From assembly GCA_050290265.1 (NCBI GenBank), contig JBNKHI010000010.1:16276-80275 (forward strand): a stretch of DNA of 64,000 nucleotides, given 5' to 3'. The notes beneath the pieces were generated by a model. The model saw only the letters and a list, made by a program, of their open reading frames with translations. It was not told the origin of the DNA and searched no databases. Shown here piece after piece: positions 8,343 to 17,504 of the stretch (within the stretch, counting starts at the first letter, position 1; each line of letters opens with the position of its first letter). The translations under genes and the position numbers were made by a program. This DNA comes from Cellvibrionaceae bacterium (GTDB lineage Bacteria > Pseudomonadota > Gammaproteobacteria > Pseudomonadales > Cellvibrionaceae).

Positions 8343-8593
8343 CTGGTCTCCTTCGCCGGTTATTTCGGATGGGATTTAGCTAACCCCTAGACGGGAAAGG
8401 GTCATTATTAGCACCTTCTGAATAGTCGCGCAAACTTTACGTGCCATTTCCAGAAAAACACGCATTAAAATTACGCCACCTTCAATATACTGTATGAATT
8501 AACAGAAATTGGGCTGACTAGCAGTGCTAGATTATTTGCTCTGTTTTTAGTGCTTGCAGGCTTACCCATGTTTAAAAGTGCTAGGGCCGGTAA

Positions 8594-8628
8594 TAAAAAA
8601 AGCCGCTTCTGGTGTAACCAGAAACGGC
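8594..8628 (-). terminator. Rho-independent terminator of metY
   Basis: Stem gccgcttctgg / ccagaaacggc (one mismatch) preceded on the plus strand by an A-run, which reads as a U-tract on the minus strand. Confidence 0.75.
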
Positions 8629-8725
8629 TGCTAGATTCCCCTACAGAGAAATCGTTCTATTTCATTTTAAATCGATCACTGCCGGTAGTGGGCCAGCACT
8701 GAATGCTGGCCCCCAAATCACGCGA

Positions 8726-9997
8726 TTAGGCTTTATCTAATGCCTGCGATACATCGGCGATGATATCGTCGATATGCTCAATACCTACCGAGATACGCAC
8801 CAGGTCGGCACTCACACCGGCTTTCTTAAGCTCTTCTTCATTCAACTGACGGTGCGTAGTAGAAGCAGGATGACATGCCAGTGATTTCGCATCGCCAATA
8901 TTGACCAAACGTAAAATCATATCGAGCGAATCAATAAACTTGGCACAGGCATCAATACCGCCGGTGATACCAAAACTCAAAATACCTGAGGCTTTGCCTT
9001 TGGTAATTTTTTGGCAGTTTTCATAATACGGGCTATCCGGTAAAGCAGCGTAGTTTACCCACTCTACTTTCGGGTGTTGCTGTAAATATTCCGCCAGGCG
9101 CTGGGCGTTTTCACAATGGCGATCCATTCGCAAACCCAGGGTTTCCAAACCTTGTAAAATTTGAAATGAATTCATCGGCGAAATAGCAGAACCGGTATTG
9201 CGCAGCGGCACTACTCGACAGCGACCAATATACGCGGCAGCACCTAAGGCCTCGGTGTAAACCACACCGTGGTAGGAAGGATCTGGCTCGTTAAGAATCG
9301 GAAAACGGTCTTTATTGGCGACCCAATCAAACTTACCCGAATCGACAATAATGCCGCCAATGGTTGTACCGTGGCCGCCAATATATTTAGTGAGTGAATG
9401 CACTACAATATCGGCACCCAGCTCAAACGGGCGACACAAATACGGCGTAGCCACTGTGTTGTCGACAATCAACGGTACACCGTGTTTGTGGGCAATCTCG
9501 GCCAAACGCGCAATATCGACAATATTACCGGCTGGGTTACCAATCGACTCGCAGAATACCGCTTTGGTATTTTCGTCGATGGCGCTTTCAAAACCCGCAA
9601 AATCATCATGCGACACCATACGTACGTCCACACCTTGGCGCGGCAGCGAGTGCGCAAACAAATTATAGGTACCGCCATACAACTGGCTGGTACTCACAAT
9701 ATTGTCACCCACTTGCGTAATACACTGAATCGCATAGGTGATGGCCGCCATACCAGACGACACCGCCAGCGCTGCAATACCGCCTTCCATCGCTGCTACA
9801 CGTTTTTCCAACACATCGGTGGTTGGGTTCATAATGCGGGTGTAAATATTGCCCGGCACGGCTAGATTAAACAGGTCCGCGCCATGCTGAGTATCATCAA
9901 AGGTATACGATGTGGTTTGATAAATAGGTACCGCCGCAGCTTTGGTGGTAGCTTCGGACTTATAACCTTCGTGCAGTGCAATAGATTCGAGTTTCAT
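8726..9997 (-). CDS. metY: O-acetylhomoserine sulfhydrylase (PLP-dependent)
   Basis: 423 aa: HEGY...PIYQTTSYTFDD..., the PLP-lysine region SLTKYIGGHG, and C-terminal ISVGIEHIDDIIADV. Confidence 0.92.
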   Translation of the reverse strand: MKLESIALHEGYKSEATTKAAAVPIYQTTSYTFDDTQHGADLFNLAVPGNIYTRIMNPTTDVLEKRVAAMEGGIAALAVSSGMAAITYAIQCITQVGDNIVSTSQLYGGTYNLFAHSLPRQGVDVRMVSHDDFAGFESAIDENTKAVFCESIGNPAGNIVDIARLAEIAHKHGVPLIVDNTVATPYLCRPFELGADIVVHSLTKYIGGHGTTIGGIIVDSGKFDWVANKDRFPILNEPDPSYHGVVYTEALGAAAYIGRCRVVPLRNTGSAISPMNSFQILQGLETLGLRMDRHCENAQRLAEYLQQHPKVEWVNYAALPDSPYYENCQKITKGKASGILSFGITGGIDACAKFIDSLDMILRLVNIGDAKSLACHPASTTHRQLNEEELKKAGVSADLVRISVGIEHIDDIIADVSQALDKA

Positions 9998-10264
9998 AGA
10001 GTGTCTCGTTTAGATTTATAGTGGTTTGGTTATATTACTAAATAGCAGCTTTCTTTTTGGTTCAGAAAAGCCACTATTCTATGATCTTTGTGCAGTTTAC
10101 TGCCGTTTCCAGATGTCTCCTTATGCTAACCACAGCACAAGGGATACCGTTTAGCCGGCTTGTGCATCTGGAGCATTGAGCAACAGCGTCTATTGTAAAC
10201 GTATCACAGTAACTATAAAAACGTTAAGCGAAAGGCCCACCTGACAGGCCTATTAAGCACTTGC

Positions 10265-10498
10265 TTACCTATCACAGAGTGAAGAGTGCCAGCATTTAGG
10301 AGCATGCTGAAACAGAAATAACCTCGCGATCAGCAGCAAGCTTATAGCCGCAACCATATGCTTATACTGAGCCTGCGGCCCACCGAATAATTCAGCGAGC
10401 GTGTTCCAAGACCACAATCCAAAAATCGTTATTGCCATAAACACGCAGATATAGATGACGGAACGGATGACTTTATTGGTTAACAGGTTTTTCATCAC
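10265..10498 (-). CDS. Small membrane protein co-transcribed with the MarR regulator
   Basis: 77 aa with two hydrophobic helices. It starts 7 nt after the marR-family stop. Confidence 0.5.
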   Translation of the reverse strand: MMKNLLTNKVIRSVIYICVFMAITIFGLWSWNTLAELFGGPQAQYKHMVAAISLLLIARLFLFQHAPKCWHSSLCDR

Positions 10499-10505
10499 AA
10501 AATCC

Positions 10506-10949
10506 TCACGATAAATTCTCTTTCATTTTTTCCAAGGTAGCGCGAACTCTTTTAGCCTCTGAGTCAGAAATGCCATTAAATAGCAGCTTAATAGCCTCTT
10601 TATCTTTTTTAGCTATGTCTGAGAACAGGCTACGGCCTTTGTCATTTAGCATGATGAGTGACGAGCGTTTGTGCTTGGGATTCTCTTTTATTGATAAGAC
10701 GTTTTGCTTGAGAAGCGCATTCACAGTTGCTTGAACATGCTGCCTGGAGACACGATAAAGCTCCGCAATTTGTGGAACGGAAAGCTCTTTATCAGGATAT
10801 AGAAATTCCATCACCGCGCGTTCTGCTGCGGAAACACCGAGCTCTTCAAGGTAACTATCCGCTGCATGGCCCATGGAGCGAAACAACCGTCTAATTAACC
10901 AGGTTATCTGATAAGGATCTGTATCTTTCATTGTAGGCATAATACTCAC
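10506..10949 (-). CDS. MarR family transcriptional regulator
   Basis: 147 aa. Winged-HTH region LSVPQIAELYRVSRQHVQATVNALLKQNVL...NPKHKRSSLIMLNDKG. Confidence 0.9.
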   Translation of the reverse strand: MSIMPTMKDTDPYQITWLIRRLFRSMGHAADSYLEELGVSAAERAVMEFLYPDKELSVPQIAELYRVSRQHVQATVNALLKQNVLSIKENPKHKRSSLIMLNDKGRSLFSDIAKKDKEAIKLLFNGISDSEAKRVRATLEKMKENLS

Positions 10950-10957
10950 TCACACTT

Positions 10958-10995
10958 TGACAACTAAATTGTCATATATGACAACTCAGTTGTCA
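10958..10995. promoter_or_regulatory. Tandem palindromic operator (candidate MarR autoregulatory site)
   Basis: TGACAACTAAATTGTCA (10958-10974) and TGACAACTCAGTTGTCA (10979-10995), lying 9-46 nt upstream of the marR-family start. Confidence 0.7.
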
Positions 10996-11282
10996 ATAAA
11001 AAGTGATGCGGAATCAATCTGACAGGCTTTTTATCCGCGTTATTTTTAAAGCTTCACGCACGGCTGCGGTATACGTTATCAGATATGGTATTGGCGACTA
11101 GTGCCTAGCTATTTGCCCTTTTGTTAACCGTAGCGGACTGACACGTGTTTAACACTGATAGACGCTAGCATCTCAGCTTAATAAGGCATAAATATATCGA
11201 TAATCGATAAAAAAATATTGTTTATCAATATTTTTCTGCTAATCTAACGCCAGAAATGTGAATTCAGCTGAACAGGTATGAA

Positions 11283-11825
11283 ATGAATACACCTCTAAGT
11301 CCCCCTCTCAATCGCTACATCATGGCGATGCGAATCGTTTTAATTGCAGCCAGCTTAGCTCTTGTTGCCGACGAAATTATTACTTTCTTTTTCAGCTCGC
11401 AGCCTGTTGCGCTACTGATTCAAGGTGAGGTTTGGACAAAACCTCTCACCAGCTTCCAAGCATTTGATAAAGCGGTGCTTTTTTTCATTGTTAATACTGG
11501 GAACTTCTGCTGGCTGTTTGCCTTGTATCAACTCTGGGCGTTATGTGCTCTTTATAGTGACAACCATATTTTCGAGGCGCAAAACGCACGCCACTTCATT
11601 AACATTGGCTATGCCTTAATGGTCATGTCTATCTTGCAAATGTTCGTAGTACCCACTGCTGGAGCGTATTTACTTTACCGGAACATTAGCCCACAAATGC
11701 CTGATATCAATATTTTAGGATTATTGGAACTTGATCTTCTTGTCGCAGGCTTATTATTTTTACTGATTGCGAAAATTATGGAATTCGCTGCGACTATCCA
11801 AGAAGAATCGAAATTAACAATTTAA
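11283..11825 (+). CDS. DUF2975-like multi-pass membrane protein
   Basis: 180 aa with 4-5 TM helices. It directly precedes a YozG-type HTH gene, a pairing recalled as conserved. Confidence 0.65.
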   Translation: MNTPLSPPLNRYIMAMRIVLIAASLALVADEIITFFFSSQPVALLIQGEVWTKPLTSFQAFDKAVLFFIVNTGNFCWLFALYQLWALCALYSDNHIFEAQNARHFINIGYALMVMSILQMFVVPTAGAYLLYRNISPQMPDINILGLLELDLLVAGLLFLLIAKIMEFAATIQEESKLTI

Positions 11826-11846
11826 TTAAAAAACAGGTTTATTAGC

Positions 11847-12077
11847 GTGGCAGAAGAAAGTGCCCAAATAATTGTTAACTTAGATGTCATATTGGCACAA
11901 CGGAAGATGAAACTTTCGGACTTATCAAAAAAAGTTGGTGTAAGTTTAGCTAATTTATCAATCTTAAAAACAGGAAAAGCGAGAGCTATTCGCTTTTCAA
12001 CACTTGCAGCAATATGCGAGGCATTAGAATGTCAGCCAGGAGATTTATTGAAGTACAACACAGAAGATGATCTGTAA
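11847..12077 (+). CDS. XRE/Cro-type helix-turn-helix regulator (YozG-like)
   Basis: 76 aa, GTG start. LDVILAQRKMKLSDLSKKVGVSLANLSILKTGKARAIRFSTLAAICEALECQPGDLL. Confidence 0.85.
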   Translation: MAEESAQIIVNLDVILAQRKMKLSDLSKKVGVSLANLSILKTGKARAIRFSTLAAICEALECQPGDLLKYNTEDDL

Positions 12078-12090
12078 AAGGAGAGGTAAG

Positions 12091-12678
12091 ATGAAACAAA
12101 CACAATATTTTTCGTTCTTGATACTACTAATCGTACCGATTTTAACGTTTAGCGATGCGGTTGCCGCTGACACTGGCTTTTATACGGGTGCAACGATAGG
12201 AAGATCTGGATTATTGTTTGATAGTAAAACTAGCATTGGAGAGATTGATGGAGAATCCGGTAACTCTGGTACTGTTTTAGCTGGGTATAAACACAAGCTA
12301 TATAAAGGCTGGTTTCTCTCCGGTGAGACCTTCTATAGACACGTGGATATAGATAAAACATTTAGCGGCGGCGAAAATATTAAACTTGATTCTCAATATG
12401 GTCTAAATGCGCACATTGGCTATGAATGGCAATGGGGAGAGCTGTATACAATTATTGGGCTTGGTCGTTTTGACTACGAGTTCGTTCAAAATGGAATTTC
12501 TGCCGGCGATGACAATATAAATTCCTTTATTGGTATAGGAACCAGCTTTCAGATCTCAAATTCACTTTCAACAACTCTCGAGTACACAAGTGCTTCGGAC
12601 GAAATAAGTACAAGCTCTGATCCTGAAAAATCTATCGCTTTATACTCAATGCAAGTTGGTCTTAGGTACCATTTCTAA
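12091..12678 (+). CDS. Outer-membrane beta-barrel protein (OmpA-like barrel/OmpX-type)
   Basis: Signal peptide MKQTQYFSFLILLIVPILTFSDAVA, alternating beta-strand pattern, and terminal LRYHF aromatic residue. Start chosen at the internal ATG (12091). Confidence 0.75.
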   Translation: MKQTQYFSFLILLIVPILTFSDAVAADTGFYTGATIGRSGLLFDSKTSIGEIDGESGNSGTVLAGYKHKLYKGWFLSGETFYRHVDIDKTFSGGENIKLDSQYGLNAHIGYEWQWGELYTIIGLGRFDYEFVQNGISAGDDNINSFIGIGTSFQISNSLSTTLEYTSASDEISTSSDPEKSIALYSMQVGLRYHF

Positions 12679-13095
12679 AACCATCTTAGGCACCATTTCT
12701 AAAACTAAACGTAGCCCACTACTGCTGATACATATTAAGGACGTATTATAGGATTCATAATACGTCCTACTTGTAGGATAGACCAAAGTTTTCTGTAATT
12801 TTCAATTTAATGAATATTGAAAACACTCTGCGTTATGTTTAAGAAAATTAATACCCAACACTCACCTTTTATTAAAATACAAACATAATAACGCTTATTG
12901 ATTCTTATCTTTTTGGTTTGTCACAAGATATTGCTCTGTACCGAACAGCTAAAATATCACCGTTTAAAATTGCATGAGTAATTGAATCATCACGTTAATA
13001 GAAAAGAATACTACCTGATATCTTCCTAACAATTACACCTTCAAGGCTAAGCGCTAGCAGGCTACCCGTGTTTAACATTAATAGAGGAAAGCCAT

Positions 13096-13136
13096 AAAAA
13101 AAGCCGCTTCGTGTGTAACCAGAAGCGGCTTTTTTT
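13096..13136. terminator. Bidirectional Rho-independent terminator downstream of pyk
   Basis: A-run, stem gccgcttc (13103-13110) / gaagcggc (13122-13129), then a T-run at 13130-13136. Confidence 0.8.
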
Positions 13137-13154
13137 ACAGTTATTAACTAATCA

Positions 13155-14600
13155 TTAATGTTTGTCGCCTACGCGGATAATCCGCATGGTGTCTGTACCA
13201 CCGTGTACGTTTAGGTAATCACCTTTCGACATAATCACCATATCACCGGTTGTCACCGCTTCACGACGCAACAATTCGTCAATGACAGCCGGGGTAATCA
13301 AGTCTGGCGACATTTGATCGGTACCAATACTGACGGGCGTTACACCACGATACAGTGCCAAGCGTCGTTGTGTATCCGGGTGCGTGGTAAATGCAAACAG
13401 CGGGATACCCGAGCTGATGCGCGACATTAACAAAGGCGTATGCCCGGTTTCGGTTAGACTGACAATCGCTTTTACACCGTCCATATGGTTTGCCGCATAC
13501 ATGACTGACATTGCAATTGCTTCGTCGATACGGCCAAAATGTTGATGTAAGCGATGCTGAGACTGCTGTGTTTGACGCTGTCGCTCTGCCCCCAAAATAA
13601 CGCGACACATGGCTTCAACAGTTTCCACTGGGTAGTCACCGGCAGCGGTCTCTGCCGATAACATTACCGCATCGGTTCCATCCAGTACGGCGTTGGCTAC
13701 GTCAAATACTTCAGCTCGCGTAGGCAGTGGGCTGGTGATCATGGTTTCCATCATTTGTGTGGCGGTAATCACAACGGTATTCAATTGCCGCGAGCGTTTG
13801 ATCATGTGCTTTTGTACGGCAATCAATTCCGCATCGCCAATTTCTACACCAAGATCGCCCCGTGCAACCATGACTGCATCCGACGCAATAATAATTCCAT
13901 CCAGTACATCGTGATCATTCACGGCTTCGGCACGCTCAACTTTAGCCACAATGCCAGCATTGCCACCCGCTTTATGCAAAAGCTCGCGGGCTTTTTCGAC
14001 ATCTGCCGCATTGCGAACAAAGGATACGGCCAGGTAATCAACACCAATTTTTGCGGCCAGTTCTATATCGCGAAAATCTTTTTCGGTTAAGGCATCGGCA
14101 GACAAACCACCGCCTTCGCGATTAATACCTTTGTTGTTGCTGAGCTTGCCACCAGAAAACACGGTGGTTTCAATACGATTACCGTTGACGGTTTCGACCA
14201 GTAAAATAACCCGACCATCATCCAGTAATAACTTATCGCCCGGCGATACATCTTGCGGCAATTGCCGATAATCAATACCGACCTCATGCTGATTACCCGC
14301 GTCGCGATCAAGATCTGCATCCAGCGCAAAGCGGTCACCGTTTTTCAATTTAATCGGACCGTCTGCAAAACGCGAAATGCGAATCTTTGGCCCTTGTAAG
14401 TCACCCAGTACGGCGACGGTACGGCCAATTTTATCTGCAATAGCACGCACATTATTGGCACGCTCCATATGATCCTCTGGACCACCATGGGAGAAATTAA
14501 GCCGGACAACATTCACTCCCGCACGCAAGACTTTTTCCAACGTGACTATATCGTCCGTAGCAGGACCGAGGGTAGCAACAATTTTGGTTCGACGAATCAC
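13155..14600 (-). CDS. pykA: Pyruvate kinase
   Basis: 481 aa: [12 protein letters not shown]..., [16 protein letters not shown]. Confidence 0.95.
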   Translation of the reverse strand: MIRRTKIVATLGPATDDIVTLEKVLRAGVNVVRLNFSHGGPEDHMERANNVRAIADKIGRTVAVLGDLQGPKIRISRFADGPIKLKNGDRFALDADLDRDAGNQHEVGIDYRQLPQDVSPGDKLLLDDGRVILLVETVNGNRIETTVFSGGKLSNNKGINREGGGLSADALTEKDFRDIELAAKIGVDYLAVSFVRNAADVEKARELLHKAGGNAGIVAKVERAEAVNDHDVLDGIIIASDAVMVARGDLGVEIGDAELIAVQKHMIKRSRQLNTVVITATQMMETMITSPLPTRAEVFDVANAVLDGTDAVMLSAETAAGDYPVETVEAMCRVILGAERQRQTQQSQHRLHQHFGRIDEAIAMSVMYAANHMDGVKAIVSLTETGHTPLLMSRISSGIPLFAFTTHPDTQRRLALYRGVTPVSIGTDQMSPDLITPAVIDELLRREAVTTGDMVIMSKGDYLNVHGGTDTMRIIRVGDKH

Positions 14601-14654
14601 AATAAATTCCTTTAGCTACATGTAGCATTGGTTACGCGGGCAAAGTCAGCGTTG

Positions 14655-15389
14655 CTATTCTGCCCAATAAATACTGACGGGAGTTTTCTCCTGCTGCAAA
14701 ATAAAACTAATCGGCAGCTCACGCTGTTCAGCAGGATCAATCCGCCAACCGGCATCTTGCAGAATGGCTTTCTTTTCTTGACCGGTAATATGGATAAATA
14801 CTTTTCTACTGTTTAACAACCGCGGTAACGTCATTGTCATCCGCTGATGAGGGGCAGTTACGGGATCGATTGCCAGACAATTTTTGCCAGAATCCATTGC
14901 CACAGCAGCCTTCAGTGCTTTGGCTTTAGGGAACAGCGACGCGGTGTGGCCATCGCCACCCATTCCCAGAATAACCAGATCAAAACGCCCTAATGCTGCA
15001 AGCTCTGCATCTAACTCTGCCTGGCCATCGTTGGCGTCAGTATGGGACGTTTTCAGCGGTAAAAATTTGCCTGCCGCAGCCTTACCCACTAACAGGTTTT
15101 CACGCACTAACTTTTCGTTGCTGTCAGCATGGTCGGGATTCACCCAACGCTCGTCAGCCAAGGTGACGGTAATGTCTGCCCAGGGCAATTCTTTCTCGGA
15201 TAGAAATTTAAAAAACTGCAATGGTGTCGAGCCACCAGAAACTACTAACGTTGCTTTACCACGCTTGTTAACGGCTTTGGTTAATATCGCCGCTACATCA
15301 TCAGCCAGCTGTGAGTCCAGGGCATCACGATGAGTAAAACTGTTATAGGATTCGACGTCATCTGCAGAATCGAAAACACCATCACTCAT
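14655..15389 (-). CDS. pgl: 6-phosphogluconolactonase
   Basis: LVVSGGSTP..., ADERWV, LGMGGDGHTASLFP. The chosen start ATG (15389) overlaps the zwf stop by 8 nt. Confidence 0.9.
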   Translation of the reverse strand: MSDGVFDSADDVESYNSFTHRDALDSQLADDVAAILTKAVNKRGKATLVVSGGSTPLQFFKFLSEKELPWADITVTLADERWVNPDHADSNEKLVRENLLVGKAAAGKFLPLKTSHTDANDGQAELDAELAALGRFDLVILGMGGDGHTASLFPKAKALKAAVAMDSGKNCLAIDPVTAPHQRMTMTLPRLLNSRKVFIHITGQEKKAILQDAGWRIDPAEQRELPISFILQQEKTPVSIYWAE

Positions 15390-16836
15390 GCCAGCTTCTC
15401 CCATCCTTTTCAATTAACAGCTCTGCTTTAGTGGGGCCCCACGAGCCAGCATGATAATGCTTAACTTCTTGTGCTTGTGTTTGCCAGGCGTTCACTAGCT
15501 GGTCACACCAACGCCAGGACTCTTCAACTTCTTCACGACCAACAAACAACGACTGGTCACCCATGATCGCATCCAAAAACAAACGTTCATACGCTTCTGG
15601 AATTCGATCCATGCCTGATGAGCCTAAAAAGTAGAGGTTCAAGGTTTGACGCGCTAAAGCCATTTTATCTTTCAGGCTATGCTTCTTCGACACCATCTGC
15701 ATTTCAATACCTTCGTTAGGCTGCAAGCGAATCACCAAACGATTAGGAATATTGTCTCCAGCGGAAAAAATATTATGCGGCAAACTTTTGTAGGCAATCA
15801 CAATTTCCGTGTGCTTAGCGGGCATACGCTTACCGGTACGCAAGTAAAAAGGCACGCCGGCCCAACGCCAGTTATCAATAAAGGCTTTGATAGCAACAAA
15901 TGTTTCGGTGTCACTGTGGGCTGCTACACTGCCCTCTTCATCCATATAGCCCGGCACAGCCTGTCCCTGATTCCAACCGGCAGCGTACTGGCCGCGCACT
16001 GAGTTTTCAGCCACATTAGACGAATCAATGGTTCGCAACGCACGGATGATTTTGACTTTTTCGTCACGAATACTGTCAGCGGTCATGGAGTTTGGTGGCT
16101 CCATCGCCACCAAACACAATAGCTGCATTAAGTGGTTTTGCACCATGTCACGCAGCTGGCCTACTTTGTCGTAATACGACCAGCGACCTTCAATACCCAC
16201 GGTTTCGGCAACCGTAATCTGCACATGGTCAATACAACTCTGGTCCCACTGGGCATTTATAAAGCGGTTGGCAAAACGCAGTACCAGTAAGTTTTGAACC
16301 GTTTCTTTACCCAGGTAGTGATCGATACGATAAATTTTATCTTCAGGAAAATGTTTACCAACGGTTTCGTTAACATTGGTACAGCTTTTAAAGTCATGTC
16401 CGATGGGCTTTTCCAGAACGATACGGCATTCACCTTCCAGACACCCGGTACTGCCCATATTATTACAAATATCGCTGTACAAACTCGGTGGTGTCGCCAG
16501 ATAAAAAATACTCGTGCGCCCTTCTGACAATACCTCTGCCAAGCCGTTGTAATCCTGTTCTTCTGTCATATTGACGCGAACATAAAGGCAACGGTCAGCA
16601 AAACACTTCCAGTGTTTCTCGGTCCAATATTTAGCCTCGATAAACGGCTCCAAGCGCGCTTTTAATTGTGTTAAAAACTCTTCAAGACTAACGTCATCTC
16701 TTGCCACGCTGATAATGCGCAACTCTGTTGGCAGTAAGTCACTACAGGCAAGGTGATACAGCGCGGGAAATAATTTGCGCGCAGACAAGTCGCCCTTGGC
16801 ACCAAAAATTATTAGATCTGTTTCTTCGTTCATCAT
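15382..16836 (-). CDS. zwf: Glucose-6-phosphate 1-dehydrogenase
   Basis: IIFGAKGDLSARKL, RIDHYLGKE, and the QNHLMQLL region. Start taken at MMNEE. Confidence 0.95.
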   Translation of the reverse strand: MMNEETDLIIFGAKGDLSARKLFPALYHLACSDLLPTELRIISVARDDVSLEEFLTQLKARLEPFIEAKYWTEKHWKCFADRCLYVRVNMTEEQDYNGLAEVLSEGRTSIFYLATPPSLYSDICNNMGSTGCLEGECRIVLEKPIGHDFKSCTNVNETVGKHFPEDKIYRIDHYLGKETVQNLLVLRFANRFINAQWDQSCIDHVQITVAETVGIEGRWSYYDKVGQLRDMVQNHLMQLLCLVAMEPPNSMTADSIRDEKVKIIRALRTIDSSNVAENSVRGQYAAGWNQGQAVPGYMDEEGSVAAHSDTETFVAIKAFIDNWRWAGVPFYLRTGKRMPAKHTEIVIAYKSLPHNIFSAGDNIPNRLVIRLQPNEGIEMQMVSKKHSLKDKMALARQTLNLYFLGSSGMDRIPEAYERLFLDAIMGDQSLFVGREEVEESWRWCDQLVNAWQTQAQEVKHYHAGSWGPTKAELLIEKDGRSWHE

Positions 16837-16844
16837 AAAAATCC

Positions 16845-17504
16845 TTATTGGGCCGCTTTTATGTTGGCTACGACATCGCAAGCTTCACGGGCAAGTTTAG
16901 TGATACCTTCCCAGTCGCCCGCTGCAATCAAGTTATCTGGCACGATCCAGGATCCACCGACACTCATCACAGACGGTACTGCAAAATAAGATTCGATATT
17001 GTTCAAACCAATGCCGCCGGTTGGACAAAACTTCACATCAGAAAACGGACCGCCAAACGCTTTCAACGCCTTGGCACCGCCATTGGCTTCGGCGGGGAAA
17101 AACTTCAACGTGTTCAAGCCTTTTTCGCGGCAGCGCATCAAATCACTGACGGTCGCTATACCTGGCAGAAACGGTACACCACAATCCATACCCGCATCCA
17201 ACAATTTGTCGGTGAGCCCTGGGGTAATAATAAATTCTGAACCCGCAGCAACGGCCTTGCTCAAGTCGTCAGTACTCAGAATCGTACCCGCACCAACGAT
17301 TGCGCCTTCAATTTCTTGCTTAATCCGCGTAATGGCCTCAAGGCCATACTGCGTGCGTAACGTGACTTCCAATACTGGAATACCACCCGCAACCAATGCT
17401 TTGGCTAAAGGCAATGCCGACTCCAGATCGTTGATAGTAATAACAGGTACCACGGGAGCCTGTTGTAAAACATGGCGGGCAGCGCCGGAAAATTCGTAAC
17501 TCAT
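16845..17504 (-). CDS. eda: KDPG (2-dehydro-3-deoxy-phosphogluconate) aldolase
   Basis: 219 aa: PVLEVTLRT, GAGTIL, LKFFPAE..GG, PTGGI. Confidence 0.95.
   Translation of the reverse strand: MSYEFSGAARHVLQQAPVVPVITINDLESALPLAKALVAGGIPVLEVTLRTQYGLEAITRIKQEIEGAIVGAGTILSTDDLSKAVAAGSEFIITPGLTDKLLDAGMDCGVPFLPGIATVSDLMRCREKGLNTLKFFPAEANGGAKALKAFGGPFSDVKFCPTGGIGLNNIESYFAVPSVMSVGGSWIVPDNLIAAGDWEGITKLAREACDVVANIKAAQ

Noticed and set aside
9315-9865. Three ORFs (117, 155 and 69 aa) inside and antisense to metY
   Set aside because: They are shadow frames of a gene with unambiguous homology, and their composition is Arg/Thr-rich and atypical.
9998-10264. Assigning the metY leader to a specific SAM riboswitch class
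   Set aside because: I can see helices and a possible pseudoknot but cannot match a consensus from memory. It is kept only as a candidate structured leader.
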